A DNA stretch of 64,000 nt from Amphiscolops sp. MND2022 (lineage: Eukaryota): assembly GCA_964187785.1 (NCBI GenBank), contig OZ076409.1, forward strand, positions 69,938,001-70,002,000. Direction: 5' to 3'. Positions 13,210 through 25,099 of the stretch are shown here, piece after piece; within the stretch, counting starts at the first letter, position 1, and each line of letters opens with the position of its first letter. Under the pieces are notes generated by a model. It did not search any database and was not told the DNA's origin. It saw nothing but the letters and a program-made list of their open reading frames with translations. A program made the position numbers and the translations under genes.

Positions 13210-13437
13210 TCCCAAAGTCACAATAGCCCAAACTCCCAGAGACACAATAGCCCAATCTCCCAGAGACACAGTAGCCCAATCTCCCAGAGACACAGTAGCC
13301 CAATCTCCCAGAGACACAGTAGCCCAATCTCCCAGAGACACAGTAGCCCAATCTCCCAGCGACACAGTAGCCCAATCTCCCAGAGACACAGTAGCCCAAT
13401 CTCCCAGAGTCACAATAGCCCAATCTCCCAGAGACAC
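13210..13437. repeat. 24-bp minisatellite (~9.5 copies) in the BEL 5' leader
   Basis: Unit CACAGTAGCCCAATCTCCCAGAGA, contiguous with no spacers. Confidence 0.95.
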
Positions 13438-13551
13438 GAAATCAGAGACTCCAAGACCCAGTTCTTGGGCAATCTTCTGTTGTCTACCAACGAGTCGTCT
13501 TCTTCTAGTCCGGGTCGTCCACCAACGAGTCGTCCGGGTCGGTGGACCAAA

Positions 13552-14502
13552 TGTAACGGCTGCTTTCTTTTATCCTGCGCTGAGGCTTGACAAACTTTAC
13601 GCCGCCCTGATCCGTTGCTTAGTACTGTGGACCGTTACTAAACAAATCCTGGTTTTCTTGTTTTAAAGGACTGTATCTTTAGACTGGTGGGTCCGATGTG
13701 ACCCGTGGAATCTCCTGCGATTCCTCTTTGCACTGATTTGGGTCCGATGTGATCCTGCACACCCTTCCCTCACTGTATCTTCACGCGCTCCGGCTCTCCA
13801 ACTTTGAGAGTAGCTACTTAGTCGCTCTGACTCTAGCGAAAAGTTGTGAAGATTGAGAAGATGATTAATTAGTCTCGCGGTCCTGAGACCCAACTTGACT
13901 ATAGCTATTCAGTGGAGAAAATCTCTATCTCATAATGGTATACATATGGTTTACAATTCTACAGTAAATATAAACAAATATCAGTTGAAATATGTTGTAT
14001 AAATAAATGACATTTAAAGCCTAATATGAAGTTATTGGCTATGTAAACAAAGAATGTGGTGGTTTTGGCATGTTGGTCAGGTGGGTTAGAAAGTATGTTT
14101 ACATAATGTAAATATCATTAATTTCCTCAGAGTTACATTTCCTCCAAGGTCACATGAGAAAATCACATAATAATTAAAACATCAAAATTGGGTAATTCAT
14201 GGGGTCCGACCTAGGTCTCTTTGGGTGTTAATTGCTCGGAACCCAGAGAAGATACGGGGTTAAGTGGTCCGAGTGAAAAGTTCAGTTAGCACCTCTAGTA
14301 TATACATACGAAGTTTCAGGGTCATTGGACAAGGGCTTCTCAAACAAGGGGGGTGGTGTTTTTTGGTGACGCCATATTTCTGGTGAAACTTGTAAATTTT
14401 CCAACTAAAATCTTGACAAAGTTTCTAAGTGTTTTGAGTTGTAAGTTTCATCAGTCACGTTCGAATTTGAGTTTCTCGTCTTGCAAATGACTGGCGCCCA
14501 CA
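13552..14502 (-). repeat. BEL 5' LTR
   Basis: Direct repeat of 6299-7251, followed on the minus strand by TTTGGTCCACCGACC. Confidence 0.97.
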
Positions 14503-16738
14503 ATAAAATTTTCTAGAAAAGTATAAAACGTGTCTCGGATATGTCCCCATTTCCTCTAGTGCCCCGCAGCCCCTTGGGCCCGCTTATGTTCCATCTTGCT
14601 AAGCGAGGTCGAACAGGAGCAAAGACATAGCTCGAACGGAGATCGCGAAGCAATCGTAGTAGGAGCTAGACTTTGCGACGGTGAGGGCGAGCGTGCATAC
14701 ACAGCATATGCCCCACATTATGATAGTCAATCGACCGAGGCAAACAAAGAACGTTTTCGACCCGAAGGCTTCGATCAAATCTGATTGCATTCCATTCGAT
14801 TGCTGCAATCCGATCAAAAGGTTCGACCTCTATCCTTTCGACCAGAAAAATTTGACCCTTTTGCAGCCACACGATTGACTGAAAAAGTCTAGAAGAAAAT
14901 CTTGTGGTGAGATTGACAAGCGTGAGCACTTGTCAAGGTTTAATGGTATTTTTTGGATTTCACTTCATTTTTTATTCCGGGAGAGATCAAGTTGAATTTT
15001 AGGACCAGTTACTCCAATGTGTAGGAATTTTGCATCGTCGGCATTTAGTAGAGGGATCGAATTGTTAAAATTTCCAGGCAAGTCAATAATATAAATTAGG
15101 AAGAGTAGACTGGAGATAATAGAGCCTTGGGGGACACCACTTGTTACGTTGACGTAATCTGAATAGTGACATTTGACTCTGACACGTTATTGACGATTGG
15201 TTAGATATGATTTCAGCAGATTTTAGCAGTTTTCCTCGAACACCATATTCGAGAAGTTTTCGCAACAATAGGTCGTGATCAACATGGTCCAAGGTTTTCT
15301 CGTAGTCTGTATATACCATATTGACTTTTTTCCTTCCTCCAGTGACTTATAGATACTCTCAAGGGTAACCAGAAGCTTGAGAACTCAAAAACGACGTTTT
15401 CTAAATCCAAATAGGGCATGACTAAATATCGATTCGAAGTGTTTTCATAGATCCAAGTAATTACAATTTTCGAGAATTTTTGCAGCAATCGTTAGGACTG
15501 ATATTTGTGTGTAGTTTTCGACATCAGATTTGCAATTTTTTCTGAAAGTTGAAGATACTGTTGATGCTTTCCAAATATTTGGAAATACACTTTTGGTTTT
15601 ATTTTGAAAAATAATTGAGATAAGGATTTGCCTAATGATTAGGCACAGTTTTTGAACACAATTGGTGGGATTCTGTCCGGCCCGGTAGCCTTTATTTCTC
15701 TAAAATCGGGAGAGCTGAAATATTTTGGGGTGACGTCACTAGATTCGATGAAATTTGATGCAATGAATTTCGAGAGAAGTTTCGCTTGTGAAAGTGGGTC
15801 AGTTGCAAATTCGTCCTTGAGATGAATTGAGGTTGGGACTTGAGTGGTTGCAAATGTTCGATAGTACTTAAATAGAGACCCAGTATTGCGGGAGGCAGAA
15901 AGATTTGTTTCATAGTCAAATTGGTCTTCTTCCAGCATTTTTTCAGATAACGTTTGAAATTTTTCGATTCAGGAAGTTCTAGGTTTTTTGAATAGCTTTG
16001 CAGTTTCTAATTTCTTTGTAATATTGGACGTGGCGGGCTTGACCCAATGATAAACTGCTACGATGGGCGGTACGTTTTAGGACAGTTCTTGCTAGAATAT
16101 CTTTCAACCAGTCGTACCACTGCTCAAGAAGTATTGCTCTTACAAATACAGTTGAATGGTTTGTCTGCTATTAATTTGTTCATCACTTCGTAGTTGGTCC
16201 GACAAAAACTGAGACTGACTTGAAAAAAGTAAATAGAATCGGAAATAATTGTTCAAAAAATTCCGGGTGCGTATCTTTATATTTATTTCTTTATAAAAGG
16301 AAACAGTTGATTTTAGCATGAGAAGGTTTACGGGAAAAGACTTCGATGTTCTGATTTACCAAAATGAAATCGAGTATTTCTGAGGCAACTGTTGGAAAGT
16401 CAATAATTTGATTCATATTGGGACTTTCTAATGAATGCAGTAATGGTTGTTTGTGATGGTTCTTTGGAATTCATGTGTTCCAGTCAACATCTTGCAGATT
16501 TAAATCAGCGCCCATGAAAACGTAATCAAGAAAATTACCCAGGTTGAATATTTCCTCGAATATATCGATCACTTTTTCTGCTTTGATGAAATAAGGACCG
16601 TCCGATGGTGGGTTATGCAAGCATACTAGGAGGAAAGTTTCATCATTATTATTCAGAGTGCATGCTACTGTCGAATCTTTCGGTGCTCTAGTTATCACTA
16701 GAGGGATAGTTTCAAAGTGAGGTTTCTTAACAATTAGG

Positions 16739-16807
16739 ACACCTCCATGTTTGCTGATTACGTTAACACCTCCATGTTTGCTGATTACGTTAACACCTCC
16801 ACGTTTG
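16739..16807. repeat. 27-bp tandem repeat (~2.5 copies) duplicating the APE GGV motif in frame
   Basis: ACACCTCCATGTTTGCTGATTACGTTA x2.5; translates as RGGVNVISKHGGVNVISKHGGV. Confidence 0.9.
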
Positions 16808-17699
16808 TAAATTGAACTGGCAGCTTTCCTCTCTGTTCTATAGAAAGAAGAGTTTGGTAAGAACAGTTCGTTGTCGTACAATTCTTCATAGAGCCAAGTC
16901 TCACAATTAAGGACTATGTCAAATTTTGACGAGTTGATTAGGTTGGCAAATTTCCTACGTTTTTTGAGCTTTGATTAAGCTCCGAATACTTAGCGATAGA
17001 ATGTTCAAATTTTCATTTTTAGCGACGTTCGTTTGATGTACTGCCCCTCTCTAGAGTATTTTTTTCGTTGATCAGTTTCCATCTCTTGGATAGGCATTTC
17101 CTTTCGAGTTCTTGTTCATCTTTAGTGAGAGATATCCCAACATGAATTTTACAAACGTTTGCTTTATTGTATCCGTTCATAGCGTTCAAGATTTTTCGTA
17201 CTTTCAACGGGTTTGTGAGTCTCAACAGAAGCGCCCTGGGTCTTTGATCATTTTACCTGGTTTCCATTTTCCCAGTTTACGAACATCTGAGACAAAGCAA
17301 GGTCTTCGCAATGGTAATTCAAAACTTTTTCAACTTCATTTTTATCAAGTTCCATCGTTTGAAGAGGACCGACTTTTTCATTTTATCTTTTGAAAGATAT
17401 TTACTGATTCCCGCAATTTTCATCTCAAGAGACGTGTGTTTTTTAGGATAAAGAATATTGTTTTTGTTAGCATGAGAGTTATTGGAGGGGTCATTTGAGA
17501 TAGGAGGAATTGACGTTTCTTTATGTTCGTTGATGCTTGCTTTGATTTCCTCGATGTCTTTGGCGATCTTGAGTTTGTCGACTGATAGCACTTTCTTCAC
17601 TGATTTGGTACAGGCACTGCAGAAACAACCGTCAGCTTCGAGGATTGCCAGAGCGCCTTCGTTACTGATGATTCTTCATCACCGAGGAACAAGCAAGAC

Positions 17700-20600
17700 A
17701 AGAACTTCTAAACGGAATTTACGGATTGGATACAGCCAGAAAAAGAACAGCGTGCTCCAAAAACGATACTATGTTACAAGTGTATTGAAATCTGGACACA
17801 TTTCTGCAAGTTGCTTCGCCAAAAATGAACTCTGCAGTATATGCGCAGAGGAAGGACACGCTCATTAAATTGCAAAAAGAAGTTTCAAAACTGTCAAGGT
17901 GACCACGTGGCGATGTCGCGCCTGTGCCGCTTGTAGCAAAAAAGTTCGCCAAGATGAGAGAAAGTAACAAAATTCAGTTAACGAAGCTGGTAATGAATAA
18001 GAGAACCGAAAATGTTTCTTAGAGGAACGGAAAGTGAAAGCCGAAAACAAAGTCAAATTCGCACAGTAATTTCTAACATAAAGGGACTATCGTGCCATGA
18101 AAGTGCCACTATCGAGCTACACCCATGAAAACAAATCACAAATAGCTTTCCTGACGGAAACAAAATGTAATCACGATAAAATCCCGGCATATGTACCCTA
18201 TATATACTTCCATAGCTGAAAACCTGAGCACACAATGGATCAAGGCGGGGCTGTGTTTGTTACACACATAAACTTCTACCCCACAGAAGAAATAACACTG
18301 CGAAGCAACCATTCAGACAGTGTTTGCACTTACTTCAAAGTAAAAAGGAAACCTCACTAGTTTGTGCATTCTATTGCAAACCCACAGACAGTAACTCATT
18401 TCAAGAAACACTGGACAGTAGAACCCAAGGGATGAAATTATAAGCAAGTATCGGAATCCAAAAGGTTTTTCTGGGTGATTTCAACGCGAGACACGTGACA
18501 TGGGATGAAAAAGATAATATTACAGGTATGAAGCAAGAAGAATTCATGAGAACGAATAATCTGAACATCCTCAGCAACGAGCAGACTACATTCTTGTGCG
18601 TTGGAGGTTCCAGTAAAACTGACCTGGTAATTGTAACGAACAGTTGAAAAAAAATGGAGTGGCACCACAGTAGAGTAGACGATGAGGTTGAACTCACTTC
18701 TTCACTGGGTCTCCGAACCGAGGACACCATCCAGTGATCACAATCTTCATTTTCCAACAAAGAAAAGCGTCAGAGATGACCCAATATGGACAAACGCCAA
18801 CTGGACAATAATCTAGGATGAGCTGGAAAAAGAAGCAGAAAACTGGTCATCATGTCAGAGGCTGTATTCGGATCTACCAGAGACCTTTTGGCAAACAGTA
18901 TTAGACATGATGAACAGTGTCAAAGACAGAGTAATTCCAAAGAAAACCATTTCAATTCACAGTAAAGCGTACTTTACAGAAAATTAAACGAAAACGCTCA
19001 AACACCTCACGAAAATCAGGAAAACTGGAAAAGTTCAGATCCATTCAACAGCTTCCAATACGAAATCAATAGAAACTGGTTCAATGAAATTCTGAAGTCA
19101 TCTAAAAAGTTTCCCACAAAGAAATGGCCGAACAACTAAACCAAGCCAGACGAGATCGTTCGTTAAAATTGAAAAACAAAAGGACTCCACCGAGTCTGTT
19201 TACTCCTATGGATTGTCGTCTAAACCAGGGAAAAATGCTAAGCACAACGGACGAAAAGTTCAACTTTTTCCATGAGTCATTTGTATCAGGAAATCAGCTT
19301 GAATAAATGCACTTCGACGCAACCTAGAAGCGGCGCGTGGACAGAAGGTTATGTTCTTCCGATGGCTCAGAACAGGCTACTGATATCCTCAACAACCTCA
19401 TTAAAGAAAATGAAGTGATTTTGGGCATCTGAAATATCAAATGCTACGGTGTTTTCAAAGACATTACACCCTCTCATGTTAAAAAATACGGGTCCCCAAT
19501 TCAGATCCCTCATGACATTCCTTTTCAATCTCTGCTTAGAGAAAAGTAAATACATCTGGAACAAAGGGGAAGTAATCTGCCTACGGAAATTAATACAGAT
19601 GACTAAAAGCCACCAGCATTGAACAACTACCCTCACATCATATGGCGGCAAGCTGTTCGAAAGACTCCTAGAGAGTCGATTGGAAAAACATTTGGAATCA
19701 GAAAATCTGCTCGATGATGAACAACATCAGAGTGCACAGGCAAGCCTTACTTGCTCAAAGGGCAACATAGTGCTTTTAATATCTCGGATTCCACGACCAT
19801 ACCTTTAACCGTGCAAAATTGGCAAATTACGTCATTTGTCCCGGATTCCACAAACAAGCATTCCACGGACAAGCAGCGAAGCTTTCGTAACCCGGATTCC
19901 ACGAAAAGCAGCAAAAAGCTTGCCTGTGCACTGTAATGAAGAAGGTTTAGGGAAAAACAGGAGCAGGCGACTATGCATCCACAGACTAATCGACTACTTA
20001 AAGTCGAAGAAAAAATGAATTGAACACTTTTCACAGATCAGGAGAATGCTTGTTTTTCGATATGATAAGGGGGGTTGTTGTATAAAACGATGAATGCCGC
20101 GTCTCAGAGAGATTCTTTGAAATTATTAGAAAATTTCTACACAAACGAAAAGTGATTATGAAGATCGATGATGTGAAATCCGAAAATTACAAGCCAAATG
20201 TGTGTATGCCACATGGCCGTGTTTTGTCACAGCTATTATTCATCTTTTTCTGCGCAGACATGTTCAACGACTGCGTCGGTAAACCCTTCAAATACGCAGA
20301 TGGCGCTACACTCGTAACAGCAGCAGAGACAGTCGAAGCATCAAATCTGGCAAAGCAAGAATGTTGCAACAAAATTCGACGCTTGGCTGAAAAAATGGAA
20401 AATAAAAGCATCCAGCAGCAAAACCGAGTTTCTCCCCCTTGAACCTCGACAAAGTGACTACCTTTTGAAACGCTTGAAAACTCAAGGAGATGAAATAAGA
20501 CAATCGAAATTTTCGAAAGCGCTAGGCATAACTTTTGACGAGCAACTAAAAGTCATCACCCAGTTCGAGAAAGCCACAATCAAAATCACACGGATCTGGA

Positions 20601-21300
20601 AATCACGCGATCCAAACTTAAAGCTGCCGCAAACAAGTGTGAAGCTCTCCAGAAGCATCGTTGGCCCTACTTGGACACACTTTGACTATATTACAAACAC
20701 TATTTTGACAAACTGTAAGTAATCTGCTCTATGAGCCCCATAGACTTCAAAATCGGGTAATCACAAGCGAAGTTCCACCACCAAAAATGAATTGCCAAAT
20801 CAGATCACAAGCACTGAACCATAGCTCAGTTATTACCTGGAGCATAATTGCGAGTCACAAATAGTATCTTAAAATAGTATCTTAAATAGGAATATAATAT
20901 GCAAAAGATTACACTTTGACAGATTCCAGAAACTAGCTATTCAATCGAAGGCAGTCGCGGCTGCAACTGACTTGGTCTGACCTACCTTCCCACGGAATCT
21001 AGAAGACGCTCCTCTAAACATCATTTAGCCGCACGTCCGTAAAAAACGGAAACGATCAACGGCCAATGCAAATTGAAAGTTCTCGATGTAGAATCGGGAA
21101 GTCTTCTACCCCTTTAAGTATATGTAATCAAGATGAAACACCTTCGCACTTCCTATTCGACTGTTTTTTTTGCAGAAACACGAGAAGGAAACAACCCGAA
21201 CTACGACTTGGGATTTCAGTTACCCACGGAACTGAACAACATCGGAAGAATATCTGCAACTACATCAGCAAAACCAAAAGATGGACCTGAAAGCGACTGT
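17700..21300 (+). mobile_element. Degenerate APE-type LINE (ORF1 knuckles, APE, RT, C-terminal CCHC)
   Basis: KSGHISASC..CSICAEEGH knuckles, GDFNARHVTWD, KYADGATLV and ETPSHFLFDC. Related to 45449-49420. Confidence 0.8.
19730..19933. mobile_element. Small MITE with AGTGCACAGGCAAGC TIRs (Tc1/mariner-like end followed by TA)
   Basis: 15-bp TIRs and internal CGGATTCCAC repeats. Interrupts the LINE RT. Confidence 0.75.
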
Positions 21301-21665
21301 TNNNNNNNNNNNNNNNNNNNNNNNNNNNNNNNNNNNNNNNNNNNNNNNNNNNNNNNNNNNNNNNNNNNNNNNNNNNNNNNNNNNNNNNNNNNNNNNNNNN
21401 NNNNNNNNNNNNNNNNNNNNNNNNNNNNNNNNNNNNNNNNNNNNNNNNNNNNNNNNNNNNNNNNNNNNNNNNNNNNNNNNNNNNNNNNNNNNNNNNNNNN
21501 NTAGAGTATTGGTCAGCTCGTCAGGTCGCGACTTGGAAGAATAGGTTGAAAGCCATAACACTCTAAAACGTTTCATTAGTGTCTAGACACTGTAGTGTGT
21601 TGCTATAATTTTCACGAGGTGCGCTCAGAAAATCAATTTCTCACTCGACATGGTTTTGAAAAAAA

Positions 21666-21995
21666 AACATTACAGGCGTTGAACCTGCATCTCAAGACAT
21701 TCCTATTCATCAGTCAAGCGCTTTCACTATTGGGGCAAAAGACTAATTTAATCTCACCAATCATTTATCACTGTATCACTGTCAACACCGTTCTTACACT
21801 ATCCCCTTCTAGCTGAAGCGGATGCCACACAGCTGTCAGTAGAACACAACACTACTGGGTATTCAAGCCACTTAAGTAATGGCTACCTAAACAAAACAAC
21901 CCAACATCGAAAGGACTGTGAGCAAAGAGCCATTACAGGACTCGAACCTGCATCTGAAGACCGATCTAGCTACTACCAGTCGAGCGCTCTTACCA
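21666..21995 (-). repeat. Short repeat with tRNA-like B box (one copy plus the start of a second)
   Basis: Reverse complement of 22632-22850. Contains ACAGGACTCGAACCTGC. Confidence 0.6.
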
Positions 21996-22184
21996 AAAAA
22001 TCACATGGCTTGTTTAAGCCCACCAATCTTTTGACCAATCCCTAAAAACCGTTGGTTGGAGTTACATACAAAAAGCACACGGAAACGACTATTTACTTGA
22101 CTCTCAAGTCAACTCCAACCAGTCATGTCAGAAATATTTGTAAAATCTGACAAAAGCAGAGAGGACAAAACTCCATTTTCATTT

Positions 22185-22567
22185 TCCAAGGAATTGCTAA
22201 CCCGGTTGAATCGTTCCAAGAAGCTACGGTAATATGGATTGCACATGCATTAGTTCAAGATAGCGACGGAACCTGCTGGGTCAGACTACTCAAACTAACC
22301 AAAGATGAGATATTGACTGATCAGAACTCTCGAGTAGCTATGCTGGATCCATTAGATACGGACGAATTAACGTTGCATCTGAAACAAAAAGAAGAAATTG
22401 CAACTGTACAAGGTTTGGATATCCATAAACATGTGAAACCAGATGACAAACACAAGACGGCAAAGCAACTTGGCTATGTGCAACTATTGTTCCAAAAAAC
22501 AGCAGAGTTTGATCGAGACATTCAAAGGACTCGGAGTTTAACAACCAAATCAAACACGAAACCGTAG
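22185..22567 (+). pseudogene. Gypsy pol remnant (post-protease region)
   Basis: QGIANPVESFQEATVIWIAHALVQDSDGTCWVRLLKLTKDEI...VAMLDPL resembles the Gypsy PR-RT linker. Confidence 0.5.
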
Positions 22568-22631
22568 AAGGTCTAGCAAAAGCGGATCTTATATCACGAA
22601 ACCTTTAAGGATTGGGCAGTTGTCATATTGA

Positions 22632-22850
22632 TAGCCATTACATAAATGGTTTGAATCCCCAGTAGTTCTGTGTTCACCTGGAAGCTGTATGGCATCAGTT
22701 TCAGTTAGAAGTGGGTGGTGTTACAACGGTGTTGGTAGTGTTACCTCGAATGAATGGTGAGATTAAATAACTCAAATGGTTTAATGGTAGAGGAGCTTGA
22801 ATGTTAACTGGATCTGTCTTGAGACGCAGGTTTGAGTCCTGTAATGGCTA
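22632..22850 (+). repeat. ~219-bp element with TAGCCATTAC TIRs and Pol III-like A/B boxes
   Basis: Begins TAGCCATTAC, ends GTAATGGCTA. Internal TGGTAGAG..GGTTTGAGTCC. Confidence 0.6.
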
Positions 22851-22929
22851 TTTTCTCACAAACACGACAATAGTGGGATTTTATAATTATATAATTTTTC
22901 TATCCCCTTCCAGACAAAAAGGAATCAAT

Positions 22930-23990
22930 TGAATTTGAAGTGGGAAAACTGAAACGCACTGTCAGTTTTAGTTTATACTATCAACCAGTCGAATTCGTGA
23001 GGAATACGAACAATCCGCTGCTAGGGATGTCAGACGTTCGGACAAATCAGTTCCACTCACCAGTAGAAAGTGACATGCAAACATTGCTACAGAACTTTTA
23101 TGATAATCAAACAGCAGAGGAATTCCCAAACAGAATAAATCCCAACTATCAGAAAATGTGACACTCATCTCAACAGCAGAAGATTTGTCTATGCAGCAAT
23201 ATAGTATGATTAGCTGAAAGTGAATTGAATTCACTCATATGAAAACGCGTAACTGATTATGTCGGAATCATTAAAACGCAGTCATATATCTTCATATGTT
23301 TCTAGTGCACTAAATGCAGAAGCGAAGCGAAACGGAGGGACGTTCGGTATGGCCTTGCCTCAATGCTGCTACTTGACGAAGGGAGCGAAGCGAGCAAGCC
23401 ATACAACAAACATGCTACGCTTTTCAAATAAATCAAGTTCCACGCACTTTGATTGTAACAGCGCTAATAGCTAGTAATTTGCATTCTGTTGTTTCGTACT
23501 TATTTTGTAATTTCGGCTGTATGATTAGTCACTAACCAGCCAGGTGCCCCAATTGCGGCTGTAACCATGAGGCTACCTCACTTGACTGCCAACTCATAAA
23601 AAGCAAGTTCAAATAGTTCATGATGCGCGTGGCCTGCAAGCACAGACTTCGAGAAAACTTGCATCCAAAAATTTTGGTCAACGCAGCCTTCACTTTCTTG
23701 CAGATCAAATTTTGCAGCTGGAGTGATTATAGTGAACTTGCACTGAATCAATACCTACAACAAACCACAACTGATTTTGTTTTTCGGATTGAAACCAAGA
23801 CACAAATGGGCGCGAATTTTTGGACACAATAATCAGCTTTATGGGTGCTTCTGGCAATTTTGTACAAAAACCCCATCGCTTACTAAAGATTGAATCTGCT
23901 CGAGGACATCTCTGTTTACAATGTTATTTTGACTCTTAGGCTGTGCTGAATGAAACTAGTTGTAACTGGAAACAATATGGATATACGGAT
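22930..23990 (+). mobile_element. Degraded copy of the 1-1813 LINE ORF1/ORF2 junction, with a MITE core at ~23285-23410
   Basis: SLYYQPVEF matches ORF1 NLYYQPVEF. AFTFLQ..ALNQYLQQTTTDFVFRIETKTQ matches the ORF2 start. Confidence 0.8.
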
Positions 23991-24169
23991 ACTGTATTTA
24001 AACCCCACGCACTGATACATCTTAAAACACATATTATATCAAACTATCCACAGTGTCCTAAGTATTCACTTTTTCTTTTTGGACCTCCGAGCCACCAAAA
24101 TGGAGTCAGACTTGTATTTCTGCTTGTGAATTTCCGCTAGACGCCTTCGAGCCACTAACGCTTCTATGG

Positions 24170-24530
24170 CGTCACAATGGCGAAATTATTCTTTCTGCGG
24201 GCTTTCTCACGTCGTTTCTTGGTTAGATTCAATGTGGATATAGATCTCACGTTTCTTACACATGACCATAGAAGTTGGTGACGGTTTAAAGTGACAGAGA
24301 GTATATGGAGATGCAACGCCACGGTGGGATGCAGTTGCGCCACACGAGGAACTATTGCAAGATGACGTTTTTGTACGATAAGTGGCGTCGCTTAACTTCG
24401 ATTACAATAATTCGAAGTTTGTCGGAAATATCACGGGAAGTTTGTCATGAACGTTAGCCTATAACGCGTTGGGGAAACAGCAAGGCTTCCATTTTTCAAT
24501 TGTTCCAGATATCGTTTGAAAACATTCAGT
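24170..24530 (-). pseudogene. Degenerate homolog of the ORF0 C-terminal half
   Basis: With one frameshift: FPQRVIG..DISDKLRIIVIEVKRRHLSY..LAIVPRVAQLHPTVALHLHILSVTLNRH..NLTKKRREKARR. Aligns by eye to ORF0 FKDRIKA..DIKRRL..IIIIDAVRKLIS..ILSDLRQMHPSAALEFKLLSVVWNH..NQRIRRKLR. Confidence 0.6.
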
Positions 24531-24534
24531 GGCC

Positions 24535-25070
24535 TTCCTGTTTTTACTATCCGCACGAGCTTATTCAAATTGGCAATATCTTCTAGTTCGCTGTTTCCTG
24601 CCACCAAACACTGGAGTTGATCTCAGGCACACATTGCAGGGCTATCAAATGCAGCTAACTGATCACGCATTAGATCTCTCTAATCGTTTGTTGTTTCTTC
24701 GTGTTTCGGAGACTCATTTCGCAGTTGAATCTCTTGTATTTTTGAGCACAGTCTCCCATTGTCAGTTGATTTCCTTTGTTGGTTATATTCCAGTTTTAAC
24801 TATCGATAAGGAAGTTGTTTCCTTGATCCCACTACAAATGTTCCTGGTCTTGTAATCACTTCACTTTGGAAGAAACATTCCTGCGGTCCAAAAATCGTCG
24901 ACATGTATGCAAGTAATTCCTTCTAAGTTTGAAATCTTCTTCCATATAAGTAATGAGGAATCAAATAACGACATTTAGCAGCTTAGGAAAAAAAACACGG
25001 GTTTCACTCAATAGTACCAGTTACATGACGTGTCTAACCATAGACGCTTTACTTCAACTTTCACAAACAA
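24535..25070 (-). pseudogene. Ty1/Copia reverse transcriptase remnant
   Basis: Frameshifted KLK*SVYG..NWYY..SLFDSS..LEGITCIHVDDFW, matching the Copia RT signature. Confidence 0.7.
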
Positions 25071-25099
25071 TGAAAGACTACAAGATAAACGGACACTTT

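Larger units (their letters stand above)
6299..14502 (-). mobile_element. Full-length BEL/Pao LTR retrotransposon (inactive)
   Basis: ~950-bp TG..CA LTRs, 5-bp TSD ATAGA/ATAAA, PBS-like TGGTCCACCGA next to the 5' LTR, and gag-PR-RT-RH-IN order. Confidence 0.97.
6158..14870. mobile_element. MITE of the 3185/60415 family, split by the BEL insertion (6158-6298 + 14503-14870)
   Basis: The two halves join to match the intact copy at 60415-60924 (CAGATAGA|ATTTTCTAG). Confidence 0.9.
4650..17700 (-). mobile_element. Degenerate CR1/L2-like LINE (ORF1 ~17000-17700, APE ~16300-17000, RT ~14900-15950, 3' end ~4650-6150), split by MITEs and BEL
   Basis: Fragments include GGVL/GADLNLQDVDW (APE), KATGPDRIPP, YTDYEKTLDHVDHDLLLRKL, SGVPQGSI and NADDAK (RT). 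Many stops and frameshifts. Confidence 0.8.

Noticed and set aside
13210..13437. CRISPR-like look of the 24-bp repeats, and ORFs 13079-13666 / 13105-13437
   Set aside because: Units are contiguous with no unique spacers, no cas genes, eukaryotic context. The ORFs are by-products of the repeat.
21133..21576. ORFs spanning N runs (also 43314-43739)
   Set aside because: Artefacts of assembly gaps.
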